From IMG/VR virus record IMGVR_UViG_3300045988_123612: a stretch of DNA of 64,000 nucleotides; one strand, 5' to 3'. Both the position numbers and the translations under genes were made by a program. Shown here in pieces: positions 20,001-27,321 of the stretch. Position 1 is the first letter of the stretch; each line of letters starts with the position of its first letter. Source of the stretch: a virus. A model generated the notes under the pieces. That model saw only the letters and a program-made list of their open reading frames with translations, was not told where the DNA came from and did no database searches.

Positions 20001-20475
20001 TCTCAAACGCCTCAGTGTCTATGCCGGCACGTTCCTTATCATGCAAGCCGTATCCATGCTTCTTGCCGGATGGCGTGATGATGATGAAAACGAAGAAAGT
20101 TGGCTTACTCAATTTGGATCTTACGTTGGATTCAGAACCATAAACGAAATAGCTTCACAGATGCCGTTTATTATGGAGCTTAACGTTGTAGATATCATTA
20201 ACGACCCGTTTGTTATGGGAAGGAAGCTGAAGGATCTTACCGATCTTAGGAATTATTCACTTGATAAAGTAACATCCGGTACATACAAAGGAGAGTCTAA
20301 GCTATTTAGGCAACTCGCCAAACAGACGTTTATCAAACAATGGTATAATATCAAGACGCCGGAAGACGTAGCGCGCGCCTATAATTGGTGGCAGCAGACA
20401 AACAACAAGTCAATGATGTTCTTCATCGGCGCTACTCCTGATTCGGAAGGAGACGATGACGTTAGTTACAAATAG
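14053..20475 (+). CDS. giant hypothetical protein (2140 aa), possibly virion-packaged/ejection or tail-associated
   Basis: Single uninterrupted 6.4-kb ORF; mostly Asp/Glu/Lys-rich alpha-helical stretches; hydrophobic segment near C-terminus (LSVYAGTFLIMQAVSMLLAGW); no catalytic motif recognised. Confidence 0.6.
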   Translation: MTSTCIIKRDNKKKVVSVSTRSGDRSMLFDKIASIPLMENRERATTVFKTVFSNKFLKAFGDWRRNVPVNKQAYNKVKSNIDLIPEAYRERVLDKASKMSNPVLVSKSDAPYEIQESGFGFYSQNLGDNIMLVDAMVPSSISVPEGPGIDAGQYLQDAISSDFTPVSMVQDKGVNYMVIKDGLKIFSPEELPQTDSNPVGVTYQTGEPRLFFMNDRSQLFEDYGEALRSGGNDIRIGFLSGTVQESAWDGVADITYKAGKYVLNNPKSFIPVMTASASTSLSTKGGIINYLIKKGLLSGSKIFDPETRSYYLTGEGHTGQIRLFNSALSYTELRNHFGSDVSMNDQGMITISSLDNSKVTMRLATGGTERVSREQIKNDLKSGRYNELDAKYDHFDALVVSFILEDNDLYADTKAKIVSDYSRQERDQRNSIVEILKTLGVSVIGMTDYIEKYQTKYGHEPSAKALADIANNVIAVGEDATLSDLVEETAHFLVEAYRDQNAVEAVLQDVEGTEEWNQYAGQYYNTYGKVYEGSELDNAVRREILGKILAREMQTGTAQAPVEPTSFLGSVRQLLSGIVSWLKSTLSTQRQDLNNVIKNIRDLAITDIDKGFDTSLLKDNDFTLYSLSSMNKNKFLESKIRSLRKTLRDLRQISSDRAVTTSMTLAQLKTIEDKINKVETEIDKNEMAAAMNSMISTAEAQVRYLSNVVNTILHGDTKDGKLHFNTNDRKNVDIINNQVLPIMNDLRGYIRNRSTEFDEREKQDYTNRINTVIADINGIQSDIKSVQDLDESTLLDKLMNELHVPADKVKRVKEFFDKVQHDVSWISRWFGILEHSSSPFNNALGAMIAKDNYNAMVNAQPAISDFLAYAKKHGFNKSEFEKLLQKVDGKTSNYLRSALDMAKYDRNKKLAQMRAFATAMNIEISEEEIGDVVDNNRNYVFKREVVDKDGNTVTENAKFKPSSDRVNTDIFTIEQEKIYTEQMEKWDAENSELEFSESYATRMESIYKKAEEELGHPVSQTTKEYLNALSRQKRILRQPFIDSGGNFDEASYFKSSNYEEEGLLRKQRKEAASEYIYVGTRRVEKTGDQLKMAKEIQAINEVWRKESNNVTNAVSESFLQKLRTIQSESGGEAALKTLMLGGHLSFNDRFWNDVESEQSARTESNNKASYLKMAHDIISSTTSDRDATDVDSIVKDIEKNKAIIKEIIGNNRDVADIGEINEATFTSSERDAFRAASEAIEADYAILIDYAKMVGLEDIDKYLTKSSKAENEVNQSYLNALADSKEVEWKFVQRHTTAKKAKRIQALRDKLFKAADNRYLFTVSETNYLSEKLGISKELDGRDFRNAVNTKMASLFLNNTRESGIEEANAIVNEFARSQVFSYYKRMTPTGYAAMLGKIGRGEIDVAQMVKDVQNGTSTQDYGMNISYLSFDPARAWVAESEAENSGRNPDYVKDHGYGYRMPKKSLYRDESYFNDFGIRYDADGNEIATKNVEQWNMIQKLKEIKRQSLSLYKEQSPNLYAIPQISKQDIERMEGLGINFKNTVRNFVSDLCLDRVDDSLYGKTRQGEVYDPEDRIRSIPKYYIYELENQDDVSHDFGYSYSMLMMQSSLYNEKQKSIELAQGLEQMLLNKQFEGGKKAEATQAYQMFRDFFNDHYYGIRMNTKKLTVNIGGYTIDLTRIMMAVERFMSVMNLALSPFVAATGALTGHINLIMESAVGQYISKDSLKYASAEFSRLAPSCIAETGDIDRKSKLYVIGERMGIFNIRNRMYGAGYNRAARTLMRSPMYAFMEILNYPLDPQVMIATMDNVRYYKGRFYTFQDFKMEKERNKEQSTIKREWNALKDRTLWSMVDVVDGKVVVKPGSGVTVEEVETQMAITRNQVRSLSQICNGSLNEENRTAASRNWIARFMTAHRGWLVLAAQRLWKRRGFNFQTMQEEEGLSITLKNMIAKTFSLASESGMKNIIDAWNENKNNMNEVEKTNLKRLSVYAGTFLIMQAVSMLLAGWRDDDENEESWLTQFGSYVGFRTINEIASQMPFIMELNVVDIINDPFVMGRKLKDLTDLRNYSLDKVTSGTYKGESKLFRQLAKQTFIKQWYNIKTPEDVARAYNWWQQTNNKSMMFFIGATPDSEGDDDVSYK

Positions 20476-20612
20476 ACGAAGAATATCGGACTTGCATTGT
20501 TTTTGTATGATTCCAATATGTTATATTAGCATCGTCAAAGAGTAGATTGTACGTTTTTTTGTTCTTACTTGAAAGATTATGTAGGTTTAATTTTTTCTGA
20601 AATTGTTTTCTT

Positions 20613-20654
20613 ACCGGTTCTCAGTCAGAGATGATAGGGAACCGGTTTCTTTTA
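20613..20654 (+). terminator. rho-independent terminator after giant ORF
   Basis: ACCGGTTC/GAACCGGT 8-bp perfect stem, 18-nt loop, then TTCTTTT. Confidence 0.5.
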
Positions 20655-20689
20655 TGTTGTCAATTATTGCTATCTTGCAAACAAAAATC

Positions 20690-21307
20690 ATGAGACGAAG
20701 ATTTCAAATAGGGATGGGGGTAAATCCCTCGCTTATAATCAATAAAGGCATATACATCCAACATGTAGATGGAGGATTATATACAAAAGAAAATTGGTCT
20801 AATAAAGGATATTCCAATGATCTATGCAATGGAATAGCTCTTGTAGATAAAGTGTGTTTTGTTATAGCCACCGAATATATTGGCACATTTCGTTGGGGTA
20901 AGGATGGAAAAATAGACAATATATTTGCACAAGATAGTTCTCATATGGGAACTGTTAAAAAGGATTATTGGGGGCGTGAAAATCAGAATGCGTATCTTGA
21001 ATATGATACCAGTAATACAGATTACGCTTTTAATAAAGCTAATAGCTATTTATTTAAAAATGGTCAAAATGGATATGTAGGTGGCGCCGGAGAGTTTTTT
21101 TTGATATCATTGTATGCGAATGAAATAAACGAATGCCTTTTAATGGTAGGAGGTACGATAATGAGTAATAAAATGTGGACATCCACTCAATCTACACAAT
21201 TTACCTATTCGTGGTATTATGATATAAACATCCAAGGAGATCATTTGGATACAAGTACAAGGAGTAATCCACGTTATGTCCGCCCCTTTACCGAATTAAT
21301 TTTATGA
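20690..21307 (+). CDS. hypothetical protein with MRRRF N-terminus (205 aa), Asn/Tyr/Gly-rich
   Basis: ATG 20690 (MRRRFQIGMG) downstream of terminator; track ORF from 20603 would span the terminator hairpin. Confidence 0.5.
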   Translation: MRRRFQIGMGVNPSLIINKGIYIQHVDGGLYTKENWSNKGYSNDLCNGIALVDKVCFVIATEYIGTFRWGKDGKIDNIFAQDSSHMGTVKKDYWGRENQNAYLEYDTSNTDYAFNKANSYLFKNGQNGYVGGAGEFFLISLYANEINECLLMVGGTIMSNKMWTSTQSTQFTYSWYYDINIQGDHLDTSTRSNPRYVRPFTELIL

Positions 21308-21311
21308 AATT

Positions 21312-21446
21312 ATGAGAAGAAGATTTGAAAATAATGCTAAACTATATGAGTATAAGATAGTTAGCGATTGTATAGGGGGGGGTAATCGTAGAAGGAAAGA
21401 AAGTAGGCACCATTCCACAGGGCGGGCAATTTATCTTTCTGTCTAA
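21312..21446 (+). CDS. small ORF with MRRRF N-terminus (44 aa) containing a G8 homopolymer
   Basis: ATG-AGA-AGA-AGA-TTT start; G8 tract at 21375-21382 encodes GGG; below track threshold. Confidence 0.25.
   Translation: MRRRFENNAKLYEYKIVSDCIGGGNRRRKESRHHSTGRAIYLSV
21375..21382 (+). repeat. poly-G (G8) homopolymeric tract
   Basis: Eight consecutive G in an AT-rich region, inside the small MRRRF ORF. Confidence 0.6.
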
Positions 21447-21489
21447 AAAAGAACGGCTGGATTCCATAAGTGTCCAAGGCGGTGTTCCA

Positions 21490-22047
21490 ATGGAAGATAG
21501 GCAAGAGATCGATAGTCAGGTTGATACGACAGAGGAATTGCTTGAACAGGATTCGGTGGTTCTTGCTATTGCTTTAACAACCTCTCCTTATTATGGATTT
21601 AGAGTAAGTGTGATAGCACCTGATGAGTTTACGCTAAGAACAACCAATAGGATTAATAGAACCTTTTTAATAACAAGCTTTACTCCACCTGCTGCTATAT
21701 ACGGTGTAAACTTTGGTGATCCTATTGTCCTTAATTATGATAGTTACCAATATGAGATGCCAGATCTTGTAATTGATGGACCTCATGATAGAATAGTTAG
21801 GGCAGATCCTAATCTTACTTGGGTTGTAAGATGTACAGACGCCGACTTTAAACCTTTGCCATATCCAGAATCATGGTCTGGCCAAGGTTTAAATTCTATG
21901 TTCTTATCAGATATGAAACGTCTTGCTCCTGGTGATCATCATGTATCATATACAGCTTATATTAATTTGGACTTGATAAATGATGGCGGAAGTAAAGTTC
22001 ATACTGAATATCTGATATTAGAAAAAACACTTAATTTTACGATATGA
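21490..22047 (+). CDS. hypothetical protein (185 aa)
   Basis: Last plus-strand ORF before convergent terminator. Confidence 0.45.
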   Translation: MEDRQEIDSQVDTTEELLEQDSVVLAIALTTSPYYGFRVSVIAPDEFTLRTTNRINRTFLITSFTPPAAIYGVNFGDPIVLNYDSYQYEMPDLVIDGPHDRIVRADPNLTWVVRCTDADFKPLPYPESWSGQGLNSMFLSDMKRLAPGDHHVSYTAYINLDLINDGGSKVHTEYLILEKTLNFTI

Positions 22048-22050
22048 CAA

Positions 22051-22089
22051 CAATCCCCAACCGTACGCCTATTGTATGGTTGGGGATTG
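22051..22089. terminator. bidirectional terminator between convergent gene blocks
   Basis: CAATCCCCAACC/GGTTGGGGATTG 12-bp perfect stem, 15-nt loop, exactly between plus block end (22047) and minus block end (22137). Confidence 0.6.
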
Positions 22090-22136
22090 TTGTAGTTACC
22101 ATCTTTTCTTGTATAAGCAGAACATGAAATAAGTTT

Positions 22137-22625
22137 CTAAGCATTAACTTCATGACCTCCCCTATCTGTGAAAACTAAACCAATACCTTCTATGATATGT
22201 CCTACTACAGGAGCTTTGTCAAATTCCTCCTTCGTAGCCCAAGTAGCATTATCAGGCATAAGATCCTTGAATGCGTCCGAAACATCACCTTGACACCAGC
22301 AGTTATTTGATGTAACAATGCCTTTCCCTTCGATATTGATATACATTTTTCTTCCACCACATCCAAGGCTGTTCCATCCGCTCGGTACGTTTTCCACCAT
22401 AGGCTTAAGCACCCAGCTTACACCGTCTATCCTAACCCATCCAGGATCGTCTTTGTGCTTGTCGTACAAGTTTTGCCAAAAAGAGCATTCGTAGCACCAT
22501 CCCCTGTCTTCCATGACAGTTCTTATCTCACTCCTTTCAAATCCATCTGCATCCATCGTGTGCGGAGAATGAGGCTGGTGAGGGGTGCCACATTTTGGAC
22601 ATATGAGTTTTAAATTCTTTTCCAT
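22137..22625 (-). CDS. Zn-ribbon protein, paralogue of 42445..42888
   Basis: CPKCG...CYEC.FW..LY...PGW.RIDG.SW and C-terminal FKDLMPDNA.W shared with the 42.4-kb ORF. Confidence 0.5.
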   Translation of the reverse strand: MEKNLKLICPKCGTPHQPHSPHTMDADGFERSEIRTVMEDRGWCYECSFWQNLYDKHKDDPGWVRIDGVSWVLKPMVENVPSGWNSLGCGGRKMYINIEGKGIVTSNNCWCQGDVSDAFKDLMPDNATWATKEEFDKAPVVGHIIEGIGLVFTDRGGHEVNA

Positions 22626-22626
22626 A

Positions 22627-22860
22627 TTATTTAACTTTTACGATCTTAATAGAATCTCCGATATTGTATTCTCCTTGGTATCCAACGAATTTTATGATTC
22701 TATTATGTTTAAATATTGAAATTCTTTCGTCTTCAGCATAATACATCACACGTCCACCCTGTAAAGGACGTAGATCATATATAACCCATCCGTCATTAAC
22801 CTGATGATTATTTGAACATGATGATAATACTAATGTCATCAATAAAATAAAATACTTCAT
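22627..22860 (-). CDS. putative lipoprotein (77 aa)
   Basis: N-terminal signal peptide MKYFILLMTLVLSSC with LSSC lipobox. Confidence 0.45.
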   Translation of the reverse strand: MKYFILLMTLVLSSCSNNHQVNDGWVIYDLRPLQGGRVMYYAEDERISIFKHNRIIKFVGYQGEYNIGDSIKIVKVK

Positions 22861-22867
22861 ATTATTT

Positions 22868-23059
22868 TCAACATAAAAATTTGTAACCTGGTTTTACTGC
22901 CTCTGCTTCTTCTCTCGTATCAAACATTAAGGTAGTGACAGCTCCTATGCCTTCGCAAATGTAAGACACTTTCACCCACCACCTAAAAATACCAGAACCG
23001 TAATCATCATAGTACGGCTCGGAAAGAACCTCTTCTACGTACCCATCTAAGTAATTCAT
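22868..23059 (-). CDS. hypothetical protein (63 aa)
   Basis: ORF in minus block; overlaps next gene by 4 nt. Confidence 0.35.
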   Translation of the reverse strand: MNYLDGYVEEVLSEPYYDDYGSGIFRWWVKVSYICEGIGAVTTLMFDTREEAEAVKPGYKFLC

Positions 23060-23778
23060 GATCGTTCCTCCTTATTTTTAGATTCTGCCTCTTCGAGTAT
23101 GCTAATTACCTTATCGACAATATTCGAATCAGACATTTTCTCAATAAAAACATCCATCGCCTTAGTTATGTCATTGGCTTCTTTTTCCTCAAGAGCTATT
23201 TCCCCACCGGTAATAGCATCAGATAATGATGTAGATAAGTGTCTTATCTTATCAATGCTCATAAACGTAAATGGATTACCACCTTGACCTCCACCCATTT
23301 CTTTCATGATCTGATATCCACCTGAGATAAGTCTGCCTGATGTCGTGGCCAAGGAGGATACGATTAGGGACAGTACCGCCGCTTCCGTCCGCTCCTCGGA
23401 CACACCCCTCGACCACACGGCTGCCCTTATAGCGCCGGCCAGGTCGTCTATGTATGGCATGAGACAGTCTTCCATGACCTGTGTTATATCAGCTATAACC
23501 TCACTACGCTCTTTATTTATGTAGTAGATAGAAGCATTGTACCTCTTTATCTCTTTGTCCATGTCATTTAAAAGACGCTTGATATTGTGCTTATACATAG
23601 GACTGGTTTTAATTACTTCCTTTAGCTTAAGAATGTAATTATAAGCCTGGTCGTTTACGAACAACGTCATGGTCTCAACCGTTGAATGAAGCGTGTTAAG
23701 ACTGTTAAGAATCTTATCGAAATTGTTTATCAAATAAGCTTTTCTGGCTTTTGCCGCGTAATTAATCATCGCATTCAA
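23056..23778 (-). CDS. hypothetical protein (240 aa)
   Basis: ORF in coupled minus-strand series. Confidence 0.45.
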   Translation of the reverse strand: MNAMINYAAKARKAYLINNFDKILNSLNTLHSTVETMTLFVNDQAYNYILKLKEVIKTSPMYKHNIKRLLNDMDKEIKRYNASIYYINKERSEVIADITQVMEDCLMPYIDDLAGAIRAAVWSRGVSEERTEAAVLSLIVSSLATTSGRLISGGYQIMKEMGGGQGGNPFTFMSIDKIRHLSTSLSDAITGGEIALEEKEANDITKAMDVFIEKMSDSNIVDKVISILEEAESKNKEERS

Positions 23779-24304
23779 ATTTTAGATTTTCAAGTTCGAG
23801 TATTTGTAACCTAAGAGACTTAATTAAATCCGTTCTCTGTTCCTCTGCATGTTTTAAAGCCTCTTCCTTGCTTTCAAAAGCACAATCCCCTATCTGATAA
23901 GGGGTGTAACGACCAGGAGTGTCGGCTAATAAAAGACCACCACAATCTTCTATTCTGGCTTTTACCTTTCTTATTTTCCCATCTTTTAGACACATGTCCG
24001 TAACCCATACGAATTTACCATATAATTTATCATACTCTTCTAATCTCTCTTCTTGCAATTCATACCATTTAGGCTTAGGAAATCTTAATGTGAATTTAAC
24101 CTCAGTATCTTTTTCTAAGACATTAATATCGTATGCTTCCGGCCACAGCTCTTTTATGCTGTCTTCGTCTTCGGCATACACTACAAGTATGAATGAATCA
24201 TCGGATTCACCACTACACCAATATGGATATTTTATAGGCCATTTGACTGGACGGTAGTCGTTACCGCAATCGGATTTTTTAATGTAAAATCTTGCTTTAA
24301 TCAT
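23762..24304 (-). CDS. hypothetical protein (180 aa)
   Basis: ORF; stop overlaps MTase start by 4 nt. Confidence 0.45.
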   Translation of the reverse strand: MIKARFYIKKSDCGNDYRPVKWPIKYPYWCSGESDDSFILVVYAEDEDSIKELWPEAYDINVLEKDTEVKFTLRFPKPKWYELQEERLEEYDKLYGKFVWVTDMCLKDGKIRKVKARIEDCGGLLLADTPGRYTPYQIGDCAFESKEEALKHAEEQRTDLIKSLRLQILELENLKFECDD

Positions 24305-25503
24305 GATTCTTTTATTCTTTTAAGTATATGTTCAATCACTTTAATAGTCCACCCGTTTCCCAACATCTTGTACTGTTGGGTTTCGCTGCATTCCCATTTA
24401 TACCAATCTGGTACAGTCTGTAACCTGGAGCACTCTGTAGGGGTTAATCTTCTTATTTTGAAATCGCCATGTAATGCTCTCTGTATGATAAAATTGTTTC
24501 TATCATATGAATTACAAGATAATGTTGGAGCCTTATCTTCATGAAATCCACCTTTGTTAAATCCTCTTGGTATTTGGGAAATAAGATTATCTTTCTGAAC
24601 TGTTTTAAGACCATATTCTCTACATGTAGGTTTTTCTGGATTCCTACCTCTCGTTGCTACACAAATAAGATCGTACATGTATTTACCCTTTACGGTAACA
24701 GTATTGGATTTCTCATCTTTTGTTTTAATATTAGCTCCATAATGATTTCCCCTGTCGTGATTTATTTTCAAGTGAAAAGTTAAATTGTTTAAAACTTTTT
24801 CAGATAAGTAATATTTTTCATCTACTTCATATTCCGCTATATCACTTATAGTCAAACCTTCGTCTTTAGGTTGAGGGATAATTCCGCCTTGAATATTAGT
24901 CCAATAAATACGTTTCCTGGTTTGAGCGGAAACAAGCGCTGAATTAATATGATTGCCTTTACACCCTATAGCATCATCAAATACCAGCTCCCATTTCTTT
25001 CCCATCTTAACGTTCTCAAGAAGAAACAATACCTCGGGATTGGTTTTTCTTGCATCATTCAAAATACGGATAAACTCCCAGAATAAGTAAGACTGACCGG
25101 AAAACTCAAATCCTTGTTTTTTTAATTCAAGATACTCATTAAGTGATTTGATTTCTATTCCTTCTACGGTAGACAACCCTTTTCTTTTTCCAGAAAAGGA
25201 CATATCCGTACATGGGCTGCCGGATAAAATAAGATCTATGTGTCCAAGATCTTCTACATTCAAATCCCTTACATCTCCTACTTGTATAGTATTAGGGAAA
25301 TTTAATTGCGTTTGTTTAATAGCAAACTTATCTATTTCTGATGCATAATATACTTCAGGTGTGATCCCTATTTCTTTTAGCGCTATTTGACCACATGACA
25401 TTCCGTCAAATAAACTTAACACTCTCATGGCATTATACACATTTTTCAATTTTAATTGATTTTGATGATAGATACATATTCCATGTTCCTCTGCCTCTGT
25501 CAC
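24301..25503 (-). CDS. DNA (cytosine-5)-methyltransferase
   Basis: Motif I LSLFDGMSCG, catalytic SPC (GSPCTDMSFSG), ENV motif LLENVKMG; 400 aa. Confidence 0.7.
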   Translation of the reverse strand: MTEAEEHGICIYHQNQLKLKNVYNAMRVLSLFDGMSCGQIALKEIGITPEVYYASEIDKFAIKQTQLNFPNTIQVGDVRDLNVEDLGHIDLILSGSPCTDMSFSGKRKGLSTVEGIEIKSLNEYLELKKQGFEFSGQSYLFWEFIRILNDARKTNPEVLFLLENVKMGKKWELVFDDAIGCKGNHINSALVSAQTRKRIYWTNIQGGIIPQPKDEGLTISDIAEYEVDEKYYLSEKVLNNLTFHLKINHDRGNHYGANIKTKDEKSNTVTVKGKYMYDLICVATRGRNPEKPTCREYGLKTVQKDNLISQIPRGFNKGGFHEDKAPTLSCNSYDRNNFIIQRALHGDFKIRRLTPTECSRLQTVPDWYKWECSETQQYKMLGNGWTIKVIEHILKRIKES

Positions 25504-25741
25504 CTTTTTCGTTTTGTTTTTGGATTGTCAAGTACAGATCTCCGTCTTCACATACTTCAACTTTTTTCAAGAAGCCTATCATTTCATCTCCTGTTTCGTG
25601 TAAAATACGGATCTTATCTCCTTCTTTTAACCCATAATTGGAATCAAAGTATTCTTTTTTGATTCTATCAATATTGTCTTTATGATTTTTTATAGCATAA
25701 AGCTCGTTTCTTAATAAATAATTTAGTTGTTCTATTGTCAT
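25433..25741 (-). CDS. hypothetical protein (102 aa)
   Basis: ORF; 5' end overlaps MTase region, start uncertain. Confidence 0.35.
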   Translation of the reverse strand: MTIEQLNYLLRNELYAIKNHKDNIDRIKKEYFDSNYGLKEGDKIRILHETGDEMIGFLKKVEVCEDGDLYLTIQKQNEKGDRGRGTWNMYLSSKSIKIEKCV

Positions 25742-26295
25742 TTCTTTTCCTCCTTGTTTAATGGTATCAACCCTTTTCCATGCTTGTCATACCACAGCAT
25801 AGCTATACAGTTCCATGCACATTGTGCAAGATGAAAACATCCTGTATCTGAGTCTATTCTTTCCCCTTTCATGTATTCCATTAGGTGTCTGGCAGCCGCA
25901 GCACGATACCGTTCAAACCCGTTGTCAAGGTTCTGCCATTTATTGGGTCCGTACTTCTTTGCACCAGCATGATAGACTTTTACAATGTCCTCAATCTCTT
26001 CCATTGGAAGTAAATCCCATCGTAGTTTATCGTCAATGATGTCATTTTTCACCGATTTGTTTTCTCTGGATACTTTGACAGGAATAATACCCATAATGTC
26101 CGTTCCTACGATAAACGTCTCTCCATTGCAACAAACCTCAGCATATTCATCATCTACCTCTATGTCTGATACTGCCTCCACTATAGCTCCTCTGGCTATT
26201 TCTAATTCGGAACTGATTACATCACTTTCCAACATGCGAAAAATAGATCCTTTTGGATAAAGGATGTTTTTAGTATTATTGTCCATCTTTTCCAT
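25738..26295 (-). CDS. hypothetical protein (185 aa)
   Basis: ORF in minus block. Confidence 0.45.
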   Translation of the reverse strand: MEKMDNNTKNILYPKGSIFRMLESDVISSELEIARGAIVEAVSDIEVDDEYAEVCCNGETFIVGTDIMGIIPVKVSRENKSVKNDIIDDKLRWDLLPMEEIEDIVKVYHAGAKKYGPNKWQNLDNGFERYRAAAARHLMEYMKGERIDSDTGCFHLAQCAWNCIAMLWYDKHGKGLIPLNKEEKK

Positions 26296-26339
26296 TGTTT
26301 TATCGTTGTTTTAATTATTTGATATAATAATATAGTCCA

Positions 26340-26705
26340 TCATTTTTCTTTTGCAAAGCGGTCAAATTCTTCTCCGCTCATGACAATGCGGTTAATGATA
26401 ATTATGCCGTTATTGCTATAACTATCATTTTTAACTCCCATGTCATCAAGCTCCTTCTTTAAATCTTCAAATGTAGGGCCTTTCTTGTCTTTAAAAAATA
26501 AAGTAGCATGCACAACCCTTCCGTTGTTTAGTTTTACTCTCACGGTATAGAGATATCCTTTTTCTTCTTCATCCTTTTTATTGATACCATCAAGGATGCT
26601 ATTTATCATATCCTTGTCCTCACGTGATAGGTTGGATATGGCTATTCTGCCCTTTAATCTAAATATTTCGTTTTCGTTCATGACTTTCTGTTTTATTGTT
26701 TTCAA
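26340..26705 (-). CDS. hypothetical protein (121 aa)
   Basis: ORF in minus block. Confidence 0.4.
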   Translation of the reverse strand: MKTIKQKVMNENEIFRLKGRIAISNLSREDKDMINSILDGINKKDEEEKGYLYTVRVKLNNGRVVHATLFFKDKKGPTFEDLKKELDDMGVKNDSYSNNGIIIINRIVMSGEEFDRFAKEK

Positions 26706-26964
26706 AATATTGTCTTACGGCTTCTATGGCTTTATCATCATCAAAAGCTTCTTCAAACTCCGTGTAGAACCTATCTCGCTCCATGCAGAATGTGTTTTTC
26801 CCTTCCGGTATAGGACGGAACACAACCACCCTCTCTTTGTCGTGATTGGTTCCTATTATGTTATTATCTAAGATAATAGAATACCTTCTTGAACTTTTGT
26901 TGATAACAACATCATGTTGAAGACCATACAATTTAAGTATTTCCCTTAATTCATTTGTTTTCAT
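26659..26964 (-). CDS. hypothetical protein (101 aa)
   Basis: ORF; overlaps downstream neighbour. Confidence 0.4.
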   Translation of the reverse strand: MKTNELREILKLYGLQHDVVINKSSRRYSIILDNNIIGTNHDKERVVVFRPIPEGKNTFCMERDRFYTEFEEAFDDDKAIEAVRQYFENNKTESHERKRNI

Positions 26965-27321
26965 TTATATTACTCCTTCCAAATTTACTTTAATAGAACC
27001 ATTTATGGTTTTAATGCTCCCATCTATGGTTGAAATCACATCATCTATATCATTTATAATACTTTCCATGTCATCAACCACCTCCTCCATATCAGTTACA
27101 GCCTGATCTGATTCCCAATATCTTTCTGAGTCTTGTAACGATTCCGGTATATTATCTCTCGCCTCAGTCTCTTCATCTAAAATCATATCAACATCATCTT
27201 TGGCTGAATTTATGTTGTGCTTCAACTCCGACAACTTTGATTTGATGTATTCAAAATCTGTTTTATACTTATTTACGTTGTTAATAACATCCGATATTTT
27301 TTTTCTTCTCTTGTTGTTCAT
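26965..27321 (-). CDS. hypothetical acidic protein (118 aa)
   Basis: Asp/Glu-rich; abuts neighbours. Confidence 0.4.
   Translation of the reverse strand: MNNKRRKKISDVINNVNKYKTDFEYIKSKLSELKHNINSAKDDVDMILDEETEARDNIPESLQDSERYWESDQAVTDMEEVVDDMESIINDIDDVISTIDGSIKTINGSIKVNLEGVI

Noticed and set aside
14053-20475. Giant ORF as a crAss-like virion RNA polymerase
   Set aside because: Only a partial DADGN resemblance to the DxDGD motif, and no second barrel motif recognised. Insufficient evidence.
25738-26295. Possible MazG/dNTP-pyrophosphohydrolase-like assignment for the 185-aa ORF (KYGPNKW...ERYRAAAARH)
   Set aside because: The resemblance is vague and no catalytic EExxE motif was identified. Left as hypothetical.
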